From contig DXJV01000068.1 of assembly GCA_019056785.1 (NCBI GenBank), positions 81,670-145,669 of the forward strand: 64,000 bases of DNA, given 5' to 3'. The notes beneath the pieces are model-generated. The model did no database searches. It was not told the DNA's origin and saw only the letters and a program-made list of their open reading frames with translations. A program made the translations under genes and the position numbers. Each line of letters opens with the position of its first letter. The stretch's first letter is position 1. This document shows, in pieces, positions 30,052 to 40,086 of this stretch. This DNA comes from Candidatus Heimdallarchaeota archaeon. GTDB taxonomy: Archaea > Asgardarchaeota > Heimdallarchaeia > JABLTI01.

Positions 30052-31320
30052 ATGTCTAAAGGTGATTATTCTTTGATGCCCACTCTAGCCTTCAAAAAAT
30101 ATTCTTTGCCCAATTTCGATGAATTTCGTACAAATCTTCAAGAATTCTTAACAAAACTAGATAGACAAATAAAGCTCCTCAAAGAAGAAGATGCCGCCGG
30201 TGACAATTATGGAAAGATAATCCTTTATCTCTATCAAGGTTTGTTTTCGGTTGTGGATGCAGAGCGAAAATATCGCGCTGGCGATTATGTGGGCGCTGAA
30301 GCTGACTATGTTGAAGGGACCAAACTGATTGGAAGATTTCAAAGAATGAACACAAACTTCCCACTCGAATTTCAACAAGAAGCAGAACGTTTGGATCTGT
30401 TTGCTAATGGCCGAAAATCAGAATGTCAGGCGCTTAAAAAAGGGAGGAGTGTTGATGAGCAAATTGCTTTTTTGCTCGAGGCATTAAATTCTTACACATT
30501 AGAAACTGCAATTGTGGAGAAACGAAAAATTCCACTGGGTGTTTATAATGCAAAAGCACGCGTAAATTTTGTTCAAGGACTGATCAAACGATTGGAAGGG
30601 CAAAAAGCCTTTGGCAGTAAAGATTTTTACCTAGCCAAGAAAAGGCATCTAGAAGCATATCGCCATTTCGTTTTGGCAACCTATTTCAATCCCACTTATT
30701 CCCCTTGGATAGCCGAACAGAATAAAACAATTAAAAAAGTGATGAATGTCATTATTCGAGAAAAAGCCGCCAAAATTTGGGGAGAAGCATTCGCATTGTC
30801 TAGTGAAGGACAGTTTCTTATGTGTAGTGAGAAATGTTCTCTCGCTTCGAAATTTTATCGTAAAGCAAGTAAAATTGCTACTGAGAAAAAAGATTCGATG
30901 TTAATGAATGCCTATTCGCTTATGCTCCGAGCAAGCATGTATGAAGCAAAAGCAAATGACTTTCTTAAGAATAAAAATGATGCTAAAGGCGCCATCCCCC
31001 AATTTAAGTTTGCTATGAAGGCGATGACCGAAGCTGTAGTGGCTTTACCTCAAATGGAGGATAAGGAAAGCTTGCGCATACGCTGGGAAGCACAATTACA
31101 ATATTACAAAGGTTATTTCTATCAGACTCAAGGCATTCATAATCTCGATAACGAAAAGTATAAAGAAGCACTGGAATTTTTCAAGCAAGCATCGGCAGAA
31201 TTCAAGAAAGGCATGAAAAATGCCGAAGTAGTAAAGGATAATAACCTCATCCAGCTTTTAAACAAGTCACTGGCCGAAGCCAAAGGTTATATGGGTATGT
31301 GTAAAACTGTCTTGGATTAG
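30052..31320 (+). CDS. TPR-like alpha-helical repeat protein
   Basis: All-helical with A..Y/F..A periodicity (e.g. KYKEALEFFKQA). Confidence 0.65.
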   Translation: MSKGDYSLMPTLAFKKYSLPNFDEFRTNLQEFLTKLDRQIKLLKEEDAAGDNYGKIILYLYQGLFSVVDAERKYRAGDYVGAEADYVEGTKLIGRFQRMNTNFPLEFQQEAERLDLFANGRKSECQALKKGRSVDEQIAFLLEALNSYTLETAIVEKRKIPLGVYNAKARVNFVQGLIKRLEGQKAFGSKDFYLAKKRHLEAYRHFVLATYFNPTYSPWIAEQNKTIKKVMNVIIREKAAKIWGEAFALSSEGQFLMCSEKCSLASKFYRKASKIATEKKDSMLMNAYSLMLRASMYEAKANDFLKNKNDAKGAIPQFKFAMKAMTEAVVALPQMEDKESLRIRWEAQLQYYKGYFYQTQGIHNLDNEKYKEALEFFKQASAEFKKGMKNAEVVKDNNLIQLLNKSLAEAKGYMGMCKTVLD

Positions 31321-31383
31321 AAGAAAAGCAATTGTAAAGTCTTAGAAAGGAGCGCAAAAAAGTTAAAAGGAACTGATGAAAAA

Positions 31384-31683
31384 ATGGTTGAACACCCCGA
31401 ATGTCCTGAATGTGAACGAAAAATGAATTTTGTTGTGGCAAAATTAACTGATGAAGAGAATCCTGGCTCGGAAGACATAAAGTCTGGTTGGTATTGCCCT
31501 GACTGTGGGATTTTCAAGCCAACAGAAATGACCGGAGAGATCGACCTCCAGTCACTGGATTTAGATATAAAAGAAGCAATTAGAGTCACATCATCTGCAA
31601 ATATCTTCATCCCGGATGAATGGGTCATAGAAGATAAAACAGATGAAGTTAAAAAAATATTAGAAGAAATGGAGGAAAAGTAA
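31384..31683 (+). CDS. Small acidic Zn-ribbon protein
   Basis: CPEC..WYCPDC. Confidence 0.75.
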   Translation: MVEHPECPECERKMNFVVAKLTDEENPGSEDIKSGWYCPDCGIFKPTEMTGEIDLQSLDLDIKEAIRVTSSANIFIPDEWVIEDKTDEVKKILEEMEEK

Positions 31684-31705
31684 AAGGAAGGGCTTTTTCT
31701 TCTCT

Positions 31706-31996
31706 TTATCCTCTAAGGGAATCGTTGAGTAAAAGTTTAGCAACATCGGGGGAGACATCTAAACGTTCGATTAGGGTCTCAACATCTAACTTCGAGCCAT
31801 TTGGTATCAAGAATTCCTTAATGTAAGAGAGCTGTCCCTGGTATAAGGGTGATTTTCGGATTTGTTCATATTTTTGAGCGACAGTAGAAGTACTATCGGT
31901 TGTTCTAGTCGATTTTTCCATCGAAAAAGGAATATTGGTTTGTGATTGCGTGTCTTTCTCCATGGACTCGTTTTCAAGTAGGCGTTTTGCTTCCAT
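31706..31996 (-). CDS. Hypothetical protein with possible C-terminal HTH
   Basis: 96-aa ORF; LDVETLIERLDVSPDVAKLLL. Confidence 0.5.
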   Translation of the reverse strand: MEAKRLLENESMEKDTQSQTNIPFSMEKSTRTTDSTSTVAQKYEQIRKSPLYQGQLSYIKEFLIPNGSKLDVETLIERLDVSPDVAKLLLNDSLRG

Positions 31997-32151
31997 CTGT
32001 TTTTCGTCATCTCCAGAGAAAAGGTTTTTTTTCCAGTAACAAAAAAAGCTGCTTTTGCTTTAAAAAGGAAGGTAATATCTTAGTTTTTGTCATTTGGTAA
32101 CATTTTAATCTTTGATGTTTCCATTCTTCTCTATAAGTTACAAAAGGTTAG

Positions 32152-32712
32152 ATGAAAATGAGTACGAGTAGAAGAGCAATCAACACAAGTAACATTTGGA
32201 CATTTACAATCGGCATTGGCCTTATCCTGTGGGGGGTAATTTGGCTGGTAGTCAAATTCCGCTTCGGAAAGGATATTACAGGAACACCATGGTTAATACT
32301 CATTGGCGGGATAATGCTTATTGCAGCTATTACTAACGTTATGAGTTATCGTTATAATAGAGATAAAGTCTTAGGAGCATTGAAGTCCTATCCAAGAGTT
32401 AGTCTTGCACAATTGGCATCAGAGCTAAAGATGCAAGAAAAAGACGTTAAAAGTATCATTGTAGATTTGCGAACTGAAGGGCAGTTAAAAGCCTCTTTCG
32501 ATCCTAAAAGTGGTGATGTCATTGTTCTCGAAGTGCGAGGACAGGCGCCAACAGCAGTTGCAGCTGGCGTTCCCGTAGAGGGGATAAATCCGCAAAAAGT
32601 CGATGCTAAAAGTCAAGAAGTAATCCCTGAACAGATATATTGTCCCTATTGTGGTTCTTTTGTGAGAAAGGGTGATATGTTCTGCAATAACTGCGGGTCC
32701 TCCCTCAAATAG
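32152..32712 (+). CDS. Membrane protein with PCI-like winged helix and C-terminal zinc ribbon
   Basis: Two TMs; YPRVSLAQLASELKMQEKDVKSIIVDLRTEGQLKASFDPKSGDV; CPYCG..CNNCG. Confidence 0.75.
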   Translation: MKMSTSRRAINTSNIWTFTIGIGLILWGVIWLVVKFRFGKDITGTPWLILIGGIMLIAAITNVMSYRYNRDKVLGALKSYPRVSLAQLASELKMQEKDVKSIIVDLRTEGQLKASFDPKSGDVIVLEVRGQAPTAVAAGVPVEGINPQKVDAKSQEVIPEQIYCPYCGSFVRKGDMFCNNCGSSLK

Positions 32713-32816
32713 CAGCAAAAGATAAGCTGCTCCCTCTTTTTTTTCTCATAGTAAAGTAAAAGATATTAGATTGAACAGTGCAGTAGTTACAAGATGATGG
32801 ATTACGCCTTTCCAGA

Positions 32817-33108
32817 GGGTTGGCGGTAGCTGGATTTTTTCTTGCAATGACCGCTGATGCAAGGGAAGGCACACACCAGCATCGCCGGAAAGCAGCCATT
32901 GACTATTGACGGCTTTAAACGGCTCATTTCTAAGCTTAAGCTACCGCTCAGCGATGAAGAAAAAGTCAACCCGAGCCGCCTACACAAGAAATGCTGCTTT
33001 TCTCGAGAAACCGGTCTCTTTCCCTGCCTCGAGAGAACACAGTTGAGCTCGAACCATTCTTAACGATGAGACTGGCGTGTTAGTGCGTCAGGGTACAACC
33101 GGTTTCTC
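32817..33108. ncRNA. Candidate structured non-coding RNA (family not identified)
   Basis: GC-elevated intergenic tract with several long-range complementarities, e.g. 32823-32831/32939-32947 and 33005-33015/33098-33108. Confidence 0.5.
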
Positions 33109-33205
33109 ACTTTTTGCTCTTTTGCTGTATTATTGGAAAGCATTTTAAAGTCTCAGCTTATCTTATCTCTTAAAATAATATGAATTATTGCTGTTGTTGG
33201 TTTGA

Positions 33206-33943
33206 ATGGGCAAATGGCGTGAGTTTAAGTTAAAAACAAGAGCTTTATACAAAAAAATAATGTTGCCAGTGGGTTCCTTTATCGGGAAGCTTGGTTTAAT
33301 GCCAAACGTCATTACAATAATTTCAGGTGTTTTTGCCATTGCTACAGCAGTTATGTATGCTTTACAAGGGCATCTTGTCTCGTTTAATTATTGGTGGGTC
33401 CTCGGGTTTACTTTGATGGTAATAACAGGCTTTATTGACGTTATCGATGGTTCGGTTGCTCGTGCAACAAATAAGACCACAAAGTTCGGAAAAGTGCTCG
33501 ACCCGGTAATGGATCGTTTTACCGAGTTTTGTTTTCTCCTTGGAATAGCTATTGGGAAATACACCTATGAACCCTTAAGCTCCACTTTCACAAATATCCT
33601 CCCGGTAGGGGCGATTTGTATGTTTAGTTTTGCCGGTATTGTTTTTGCCAGTTATGCCAGAGCCCGTGGCGAAAGTGTTGCACCTATCACCGTTGAAAGT
33701 GTTGGCATCATGGAACGCCGTGAAAAACTCATCCTGCTCTATCTTGGCAATATCCTCTATATATGGTGGGAAGTGGCACTCATATTTGCCATTGCTGTCG
33801 TAGGTTTATTATCCTTTATTACTACCATTCAACGAATGTTCTACATTCGAAAAGCATTGAAAAGTGTGGAGGAGAACAACCAGACAACTACCACAAAAGA
33901 AGAGGGAAAAGAAACAATTAAGAAGCAAGACAAAGGAAAATAA
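33206..33943 (+). CDS. CDP-alcohol phosphatidyltransferase (archaetidylinositol-phosphate synthase-like)
   Basis: PNVIT, DVIDGSVARA..TKFGKVLDPVMDR, SYARARGE, GIMERRE. Confidence 0.92.
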   Translation: MGKWREFKLKTRALYKKIMLPVGSFIGKLGLMPNVITIISGVFAIATAVMYALQGHLVSFNYWWVLGFTLMVITGFIDVIDGSVARATNKTTKFGKVLDPVMDRFTEFCFLLGIAIGKYTYEPLSSTFTNILPVGAICMFSFAGIVFASYARARGESVAPITVESVGIMERREKLILLYLGNILYIWWEVALIFAIAVVGLLSFITTIQRMFYIRKALKSVEENNQTTTTKEEGKETIKKQDKGK

Positions 33944-33969
33944 GACAAACAAAAAAGGTGTGAAAACTA

Positions 33970-34611
33970 TTGTCATTCAGAATTGAGCGGTCGCATGTAA
34001 TCTTTAAACATCTTATTCACGTTGGCCCAGAAATTGATGCGGAAGCTGTCGCAGACATCGCTTCAAGACGGGATTATACAAAACAAACAAGACAGATCCC
34101 AACACCAAAGGGGCCATTAAAGGAATATCTTTTCCGTTCTAAAACAAATCCTCAATCACTCATAGTCTTTTCCAGAAAAGGTTTTGTTATTGATGCACAG
34201 CCAAGTGAAGCAGTTCTTCCCTTGTTTCGCGATGCGTATGACTTTTACGAAAAGGTTATGGGAGATACTGCTTTAACCGCAACAATTCTTATGGATGTTG
34301 CCGCCAATTTCGAAGTTTTTTCACCACACCCTGTAAGAGAATTTCTAACAACACCATATACGGCAGACCTTTCAAAATTACGCCTCGCCGGCAGAGAACT
34401 CCATTCCAATGGTATCATTCTAGCTTCAGGCTCGGGAAAATTCCCGGAAGAATTCATTCAAATCATTATTCAACCTTTGCCAAAGGACCCAGAACGGCGA
34501 TTAGCAATAAGTATGATCTACCGCTCCACAGAATTAGATGATGCGCTTAAATTTATCGAAAAAATCGAGTCGAATTTAACGAAAACACTCGAGGGAATTG
34601 CGAAGATTTAA
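33970..34611 (+). CDS. Hypothetical protein
   Basis: 213-aa ORF co-oriented in apparent operon; GGTG SD upstream. Confidence 0.7.
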   Translation: MSFRIERSHVIFKHLIHVGPEIDAEAVADIASRRDYTKQTRQIPTPKGPLKEYLFRSKTNPQSLIVFSRKGFVIDAQPSEAVLPLFRDAYDFYEKVMGDTALTATILMDVAANFEVFSPHPVREFLTTPYTADLSKLRLAGRELHSNGIILASGSGKFPEEFIQIIIQPLPKDPERRLAISMIYRSTELDDALKFIEKIESNLTKTLEGIAKI

Positions 34612-34646
34612 GTGTAAAAAAAAGTGCTTTTATTTTGTGAGAATCA

Positions 34647-35186
34647 ATGTCCCGACATTCATGGGAGAGAGCTCAGCATGCTGTTGCAAGCTTCTTTAAA
34701 CAACACTATTTTGCAACACAAGAGGAAGTGCGGTTGCCAAGTGGCAAACGCATTGATATTATTGCTCGAAAAAAATTCCAGGAGTACTTTCTTCATATCC
34801 TTGTTGAGGTTAAAGATTGGGAAAAAGTCACACGGAAACAAGAAAGTCAATTTTGCAACCAAATTATTGATTATCTTATTGAATATTCACTAACCACTGT
34901 TCTTAAGTCGTACAAAGGAAACAAATGGCATCGTTCAGAGAACAGAATTCATGATAGATTCCTTGGCATTCTTTGTTTAACAAAAAATGCTCATTTTAGT
35001 TTTAGAAAGGTTTCAGACCACTTCATCTGAAAAAACAAAGAAATTCAAGGTATTCCTATCCGGGAGCAAATAGCTCAGCAATTAACAATCTATGTCGCAC
35101 ATTTTGATTTTCTTACAAGCGTTTTCCATGAGCTGCAAATTCCATTCTATAAGGAACCCCCTCTTTCGGATTGGTTTGTGAAATAA
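34647..35186 (+). pseudogene. PD-(D/E)xK nuclease-like gene interrupted by in-frame TGA
   Basis: EEVRL..RIDIIARK..LVEVKDW; frame continues 51 sense codons past TGA 35028-35030 to KEPPLSDWFVK*. Confidence 0.55.
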
Positions 35187-35304
35187 GCCTGCCTTCTAAG
35201 CGGCTTGAGCGAATTTTGGGATAAGATATAATAATACAAGCATTTAAAATAGGGAAAGTTGTTTTTTCATTTCCGAGCCACGGTAAAGAAGGTCTAAGTG
35301 AGTC

Positions 35305-37239
35305 ATGCCATCAGTGAAAGTTCCGGAAGAAGTTCTTGAAATATTCCCATATAAGGCTGTTAGAGCCATCCAAGACGAATTGATCACTACGACCTTCCAT
35401 GCATTGAAAGAGCGAAAGAATGTGGTAATCGAGGGTGCAAATGGGTTGGGTAAAACCATCGCAGCTCTTACCGCTGTTCTCCCAATTGCCCGTGAAAAAG
35501 ATTTGCAAATAGTTCACATTTGTCGAACGAACAAACAAGCTGACCGCGTTATCTCTGAATTAAAAGAAATAAGTAAAAAAACGCCAATAAGTGGTGTTTC
35601 TATCCGGGGGCGGAAAGAAATGTGCCCCCATGAGCTTGTTCAAAAACATGCTGATGATGCTGCGACCGCTTCTGTTCTTTGTGGGCAGTTGAAAAAATTG
35701 CGAAAATGTGATTACTATAATCGAATGAATGATCGCCTCCCTCATTTAAAGAATGCCTTGAAGATTCTTTCAAAAACACCGTCAACGAGCACCGAAATTC
35801 TCGAGTTTTGTGAGGAGAGTAGAATTTGCCCCTATGAACTCATTCTAAAATTAATTGATTCTGTAGAAGTCGTTGCCGCCAGCTATCAATACATCTTTAA
35901 TCCCAATATCCGGGAAACATTTCTGAATAAAATTTCGCGAAGCATGGATGAAATTGTTCTCATTGTAGATGAATGCCATAATATCATCGATACAGCAATT
36001 GATATCTCGAGTGAACAGTTGTCACTTTATTCCATCCGTCAAGCGTTAAAAGAAGCAAAAGCGTTCAATAAAGTAGAGTTTATTCGTTTGTTGCGAGAGC
36101 TTATAGCTATCCTGGAAAGCTTTCAGGAACGTGCAGAATCGGAAAAGCAAATAGACGCGCAAAAGATTCTCCTGCAGCTTTCCCGTGAAGTTGGTGCAAC
36201 TCTTGATCTTGATTATGCCGACAAGCTCATTGCTGCTGGCTTCAAAATACAAAAGGAATATCTTGCAAGAAACAAACCCCCCAGATCCTTTCTCCATCGT
36301 TTAGGGCGGTTTCTGCGAAAATTCATTCTCACTAAAAGTCGGCCGGAATTCCTGCATTTGGTTTCAAATTATCGTACGCGAACAGAGGGGTGGGGAACGA
36401 GGTTTGAGGTTATCTCCTTGGACGCGCGGTTTACGACGAAACGCGTGCTCGAATATGTCTACAATTCCATTCACATTTCTGGAACCATTGAACCTATAGA
36501 AGCCTATACGAAAATTGTTGGTTTAGATAAATTGCCTCTCGTGACAAAGGTCCTTCCGTCCCCTTATACAAAAGCAAATGTACAATGTTATATTATCAAT
36601 AAATTAAGTACAAAACTTGCTGACCGGACACCTGAGACCTATCAAAAAATGACTGATGTTATTGCTGAAGCTGTCAATAACACCCCCGCTAACTCGGGGA
36701 TCTTTACCGCTTCCTATGTTGTCCTCGAGAGTTTATTAGATGCTGGTTTAGAACGAAAGATCCAATTGCCCTTGTTTTATGAAACGAAAAAAATGACTGC
36801 AACAGGGAATGACAGATTAGTGAATGAATTCAAGTCCTTTTCCTCAAAGGGTGGTGCTGCACTAATGGGTGTCTTAGGTGGTAGAAGCTCAGAGGGAGCA
36901 GATTTTCCAGGAGAATTGATGAATACTTGTATCATTGTAGGTATTCCCTATGCCCGACCAACAACACGAATCGAGGCACAAATAGCTTATCTTGATGAAC
37001 AATTCGAAAAGAAAGGGCGAGAATTTGGGTATATTATTCCGGCGATGCGCCGTGCTTCCCAGGCTGCGGGCCGGCCAATCCGTTCTATAAATGATAAAGG
37101 ATTAATCATTTTTCTCGATTATCGCTTTGCTCATACTTATACCTCGAGATTCTTACCTGTTTGGATCAAAGAGAATATGCGTTTGCTTAATTACGAGCCG
37201 GGAGTTATAGCGTCTATTGCGCAAGAATTTTTCAAGTGA
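35305..37239 (+). CDS. xpd: XPD/Rad3-family Fe-S DNA helicase
   Basis: Q motif, GANGLGKT, four Fe-S cysteines, DECHN, SGT, SEGADF, QAAGRPIR, LDYRF. Confidence 0.92.
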   Translation: MPSVKVPEEVLEIFPYKAVRAIQDELITTTFHALKERKNVVIEGANGLGKTIAALTAVLPIAREKDLQIVHICRTNKQADRVISELKEISKKTPISGVSIRGRKEMCPHELVQKHADDAATASVLCGQLKKLRKCDYYNRMNDRLPHLKNALKILSKTPSTSTEILEFCEESRICPYELILKLIDSVEVVAASYQYIFNPNIRETFLNKISRSMDEIVLIVDECHNIIDTAIDISSEQLSLYSIRQALKEAKAFNKVEFIRLLRELIAILESFQERAESEKQIDAQKILLQLSREVGATLDLDYADKLIAAGFKIQKEYLARNKPPRSFLHRLGRFLRKFILTKSRPEFLHLVSNYRTRTEGWGTRFEVISLDARFTTKRVLEYVYNSIHISGTIEPIEAYTKIVGLDKLPLVTKVLPSPYTKANVQCYIINKLSTKLADRTPETYQKMTDVIAEAVNNTPANSGIFTASYVVLESLLDAGLERKIQLPLFYETKKMTATGNDRLVNEFKSFSSKGGAALMGVLGGRSSEGADFPGELMNTCIIVGIPYARPTTRIEAQIAYLDEQFEKKGREFGYIIPAMRRASQAAGRPIRSINDKGLIIFLDYRFAHTYTSRFLPVWIKENMRLLNYEPGVIASIAQEFFK

Positions 37240-37255
37240 GTATTTGCTCTCTAAA

Positions 37256-38290
37256 TTATGAGAGATAATCCCAGATTGTCGGCGCATTTTCAGGGTAAAA
37301 TTGATGAATTTTATTTATATCTACCTTACAACAGATCTTCCCATTCGTATCTTGGACACTGCCTGGAATCTTCAAGATACGTCGGATGTCAATGGACACC
37401 TTCCGGTCAATGCGTGGGTAGCGATATTTTATGATGTGGGTAAAAATCGCGTCTCTATTGTGTTTTTTTCCGAGAAGGCCATCATAAATTTTACTAAAAG
37501 GCATGCTCCCTTTTTTGAGATTGTATTGAAGACGGTTGATTTGTTCTTTGGTAAATTTGAATGGCGCCGCTTGGAGTTCCTTAACCGTCGCTCTTTGGAA
37601 ATACGACTTCCCAATCATCTCGAGAATGCGATTGCGTAAGGGGATGACATGCTTGAGGTCCTTTTCGACTGCTTGGGTGCGTTTTTCATCTCGAATTAGT
37701 GTGAGGTAATTAATAATGCTATTACGCTGGCTCTGGTTAAGGGTGCCAGCAGTGGGGTCTCTGACCCAGCCATGAAACCCTCGTCTGCCAGAAAAAACCC
37801 AGACAATATCTTTAAACCCGAAGTCCTCTCGGAGCGTTCGGTCAAGAAAAGCAACAGCATCTTGCAACAACGACCAGCAAAACTTACAATACTGCTCTTT
37901 ACCGCGACAACCACACGTACGGACAAGGTCATAGTCATTCAAGTCGAGATCAAAACAGAACTCACGATAGCTCCATTTAATCTTTTGAATGGTGTTATTT
38001 TTCGATGGCGGGATTTCATAAACTGCTCCAACATAGCTCCGGCGAATGCGATTAGTGGAAAGGAACTCTTTAAGCTCTGTAGAAGTTTTAAATGAAATGT
38101 TGCGAATGAACGAGCCGTCTTCCAAGAGAAAGGCAAATTCGCGCCGATAAAAGCTCGAGAGTCCAATGATTGAAATAAGTTCTGCCGGGTCAAAATAGTC
38201 CCGATAATATCGTTGAATATCCTCCACAGTAACTTTTCTAGCTTGACTATTACCTCCTGCTTTTATTAGTTGTTCCTTATCTGGAGGCAT
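37256..38290 (-). CDS. priS: DNA primase small (catalytic) subunit
   Basis: REFAF, EFCFDLD, Zn-binding CGC..CKFC, FSGRRGFH, PRIDRKVS..RRILKIPGS. Confidence 0.95.
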   Translation of the reverse strand: MPPDKEQLIKAGGNSQARKVTVEDIQRYYRDYFDPAELISIIGLSSFYRREFAFLLEDGSFIRNISFKTSTELKEFLSTNRIRRSYVGAVYEIPPSKNNTIQKIKWSYREFCFDLDLNDYDLVRTCGCRGKEQYCKFCWSLLQDAVAFLDRTLREDFGFKDIVWVFSGRRGFHGWVRDPTAGTLNQSQRNSIINYLTLIRDEKRTQAVEKDLKHVIPLRNRILEMIGKSYFQRATVKELQAAPFKFTKEQINRLQYNLKKGSMPFSKIYDGLLGKKHNRDAIFTHIIKYRYPRIDRKVSIDIRRILKIPGSVQDTNGKICCKVDINKIHQFYPENAPTIWDYLS

Positions 38291-39624
38291 TATTTCCGTA
38301 CTCCTTTTTTAGATAGAGGGGCGCTTCTTTCTTTTCCTCCCCTTTCGTCCTCTTTCTCTTCTTTTATGAGATTCAAAGTCTTTGCGGCATATTGCAAATA
38401 ATTGATCGGATGGCGAATTGGTCTGGCATATCTATTATAGCGTAATTGAAACATAATTGCACATGCTTCACTCGGCTTTTTATCCACTACCTTCCGAAGT
38501 AAGCGAGTAATCAATTCTTGTTGTTTATTCGAGGGATTTTTAAATTCTCGGCGCAAACTTTCATCTATCTGTTGGACAGATTGGTGGAGGAAGGTACAAT
38601 AAGCATTATCCTGGATGCTTTCACATTTGTGGGCGCTATAATCTGTTCCCCCACCTTCCAACCCATACATGTAGCGAATTTGATACCCCGCTGGGCCACT
38701 TACGAATTGCTCATATGTTAAGCCAATATTATCAACTGCCCGTTCGTACCAGAAGAGCAGCTGTTCCTCTACTGACATGCCGATATTCTTTAGAAATAAC
38801 CCAAGCTGCAGTCGTTCTTGATGGGTGATGTGACCACGATTCATAACCTCGTTATAGAGATCAAGCATGCATTGTGGGAAAAGGCTCTGCCGGGTATAGA
38901 GCCGGTAATCTCCCAGGGCAATCCTGTCTGACATGGTCCCTACACGATGGATAACTCTCCCTAACTCTTCTCGAAGTTCCTTGATGGGTTCAGCTATTGA
39001 AGCGCGGGTAATGCGGTCAAGTGATTCGCCAGTCTCTTTTATTCTTTCCCGGAGAAGAGCTTCGAAAGCACGTTTGACACTTCCCGTAAAATTGTCAATT
39101 GGTGCAATCACCCATCCCTCCTTGAGCAGTGCGGACCTATTTCCAACCATTTTAGGCGTGCAAGTAAAATGAACACCAATACTGTTATTTCTTCTCGAAG
39201 CCATTTTAAATTCTTTAAAGCAAGGCTCCTCAATATCAAACTTATTCCATAATTCTCTGGGACTAATGACCTTTTCATAGCCGAAAAGATAACGGGCGAC
39301 TTCTAGTTTTATCTCGAGAGACCGTGATTTCAAGAACCGCCACTCAAAAAGGTCCCCTTCTTGTTCAATCAGCCACCCCCGAACACGGGGATCTTCCGCA
39401 GCAACGATCCGTAAAAGGCCGTGACCAGCATACTCATCATAAATTTCTTTCTCATAGGAGCTGCGATTTATCCCCTCTGCAGGGAACCATCGTTGCTTGT
39501 TTACGAATTTTATGATTCGCTCCCGAGCAATTTTTGGCCATCGTTCCATATCAATTGTGAATTTTTCTCGTGGAATGGCAACTTCATTAATTTTCTTCAC
39601 TACCAGCCAATCAGGAGCAGTCAA
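38290..39624 (-). CDS. priL: DNA primase large subunit
   Basis: FPQCM, HQERLQLGLFLKNIG, YQIRYMYGLEG, further Fe-S cysteines, HPINY; 1-nt overlap with priS. Confidence 0.92.
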   Translation of the reverse strand: MTAPDWLVVKKINEVAIPREKFTIDMERWPKIARERIIKFVNKQRWFPAEGINRSSYEKEIYDEYAGHGLLRIVAAEDPRVRGWLIEQEGDLFEWRFLKSRSLEIKLEVARYLFGYEKVISPRELWNKFDIEEPCFKEFKMASRRNNSIGVHFTCTPKMVGNRSALLKEGWVIAPIDNFTGSVKRAFEALLRERIKETGESLDRITRASIAEPIKELREELGRVIHRVGTMSDRIALGDYRLYTRQSLFPQCMLDLYNEVMNRGHITHQERLQLGLFLKNIGMSVEEQLLFWYERAVDNIGLTYEQFVSGPAGYQIRYMYGLEGGGTDYSAHKCESIQDNAYCTFLHQSVQQIDESLRREFKNPSNKQQELITRLLRKVVDKKPSEACAIMFQLRYNRYARPIRHPINYLQYAAKTLNLIKEEKEDERGGKERSAPLSKKGVRK

Positions 39625-39765
39625 ATTCTGGAACCTCTAAAAAGAAATACTACGCTTCACTATAATAATTTGCCTTTTTGTTGTTAATAACTATTCAAAC
39701 GATTATTAACATTCTGACGAAGAATTTATTATTAGCTATTGCTTCCAATTCAACTGTGATGAATC

Positions 39766-39939
39766 GTGCCGGTGGAAATTGACCATAAAGCCTGCGGGAA
39801 ATGCCTTGGTTGTGCAACAATCTGCCCAGAAACGCTCTATTCCCTAGAAAATGACCGGCTTGTTATTGCCGATGGTTGTACGGACTGTGGGTTATGTATT
39901 GACTGTTGCCCCGTTAAAGCTATAAAATACATTGAATAG
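39766..39939 (+). CDS. 2[4Fe-4S] ferredoxin, 57 aa (absent from ORF track)
   Basis: Manual translation MPVEIDHKACGKCLGCATICPETLYSLENDRLVIADGCTDCGLCIDCCPVKAIKYIE*; two CxxCxxCxxxCP motifs. Confidence 0.92.
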   Translation: MPVEIDHKACGKCLGCATICPETLYSLENDRLVIADGCTDCGLCIDCCPVKAIKYIE

Positions 39940-40086
39940 TTCGCCTTGTATTTGTCCTTCTTTTCAGCCACCTAGGAAGTTTTTCAGTAAAAAAAAACGC
40001 TGTAATTTCCTTGTATTATATACATATTCTTTGCCTTTTAATGCTGTAAATGACTAATCTAATATGACATAGTTGGAGGATTAATA

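Noticed and set aside
32847-32889. Functional SECIS element
   Set aside because: The upstream gene has no in-frame TGA and the stem is short; kept only as a K-turn-like motif
32802-33063. Short ORFs 32802-32987, 32857-33063 and 32705-32899 as proteins; also SRP, RNase P or 5S RNA
   Set aside because: No recognisable protein motifs or SD; hallmark RNA motifs (SRP helix 8, RNase P CR-I/CR-V in order, 5S loop C) not found
12921-35030. Genome-wide recoding of TAG or TGA (Trp, Pyl or Sec)
   Set aside because: TAG and TGA end many full-length genes here (e.g. 2560, 9032, mutL 26711, xpd 37239), and two of the interrupted genes also carry frameshifts
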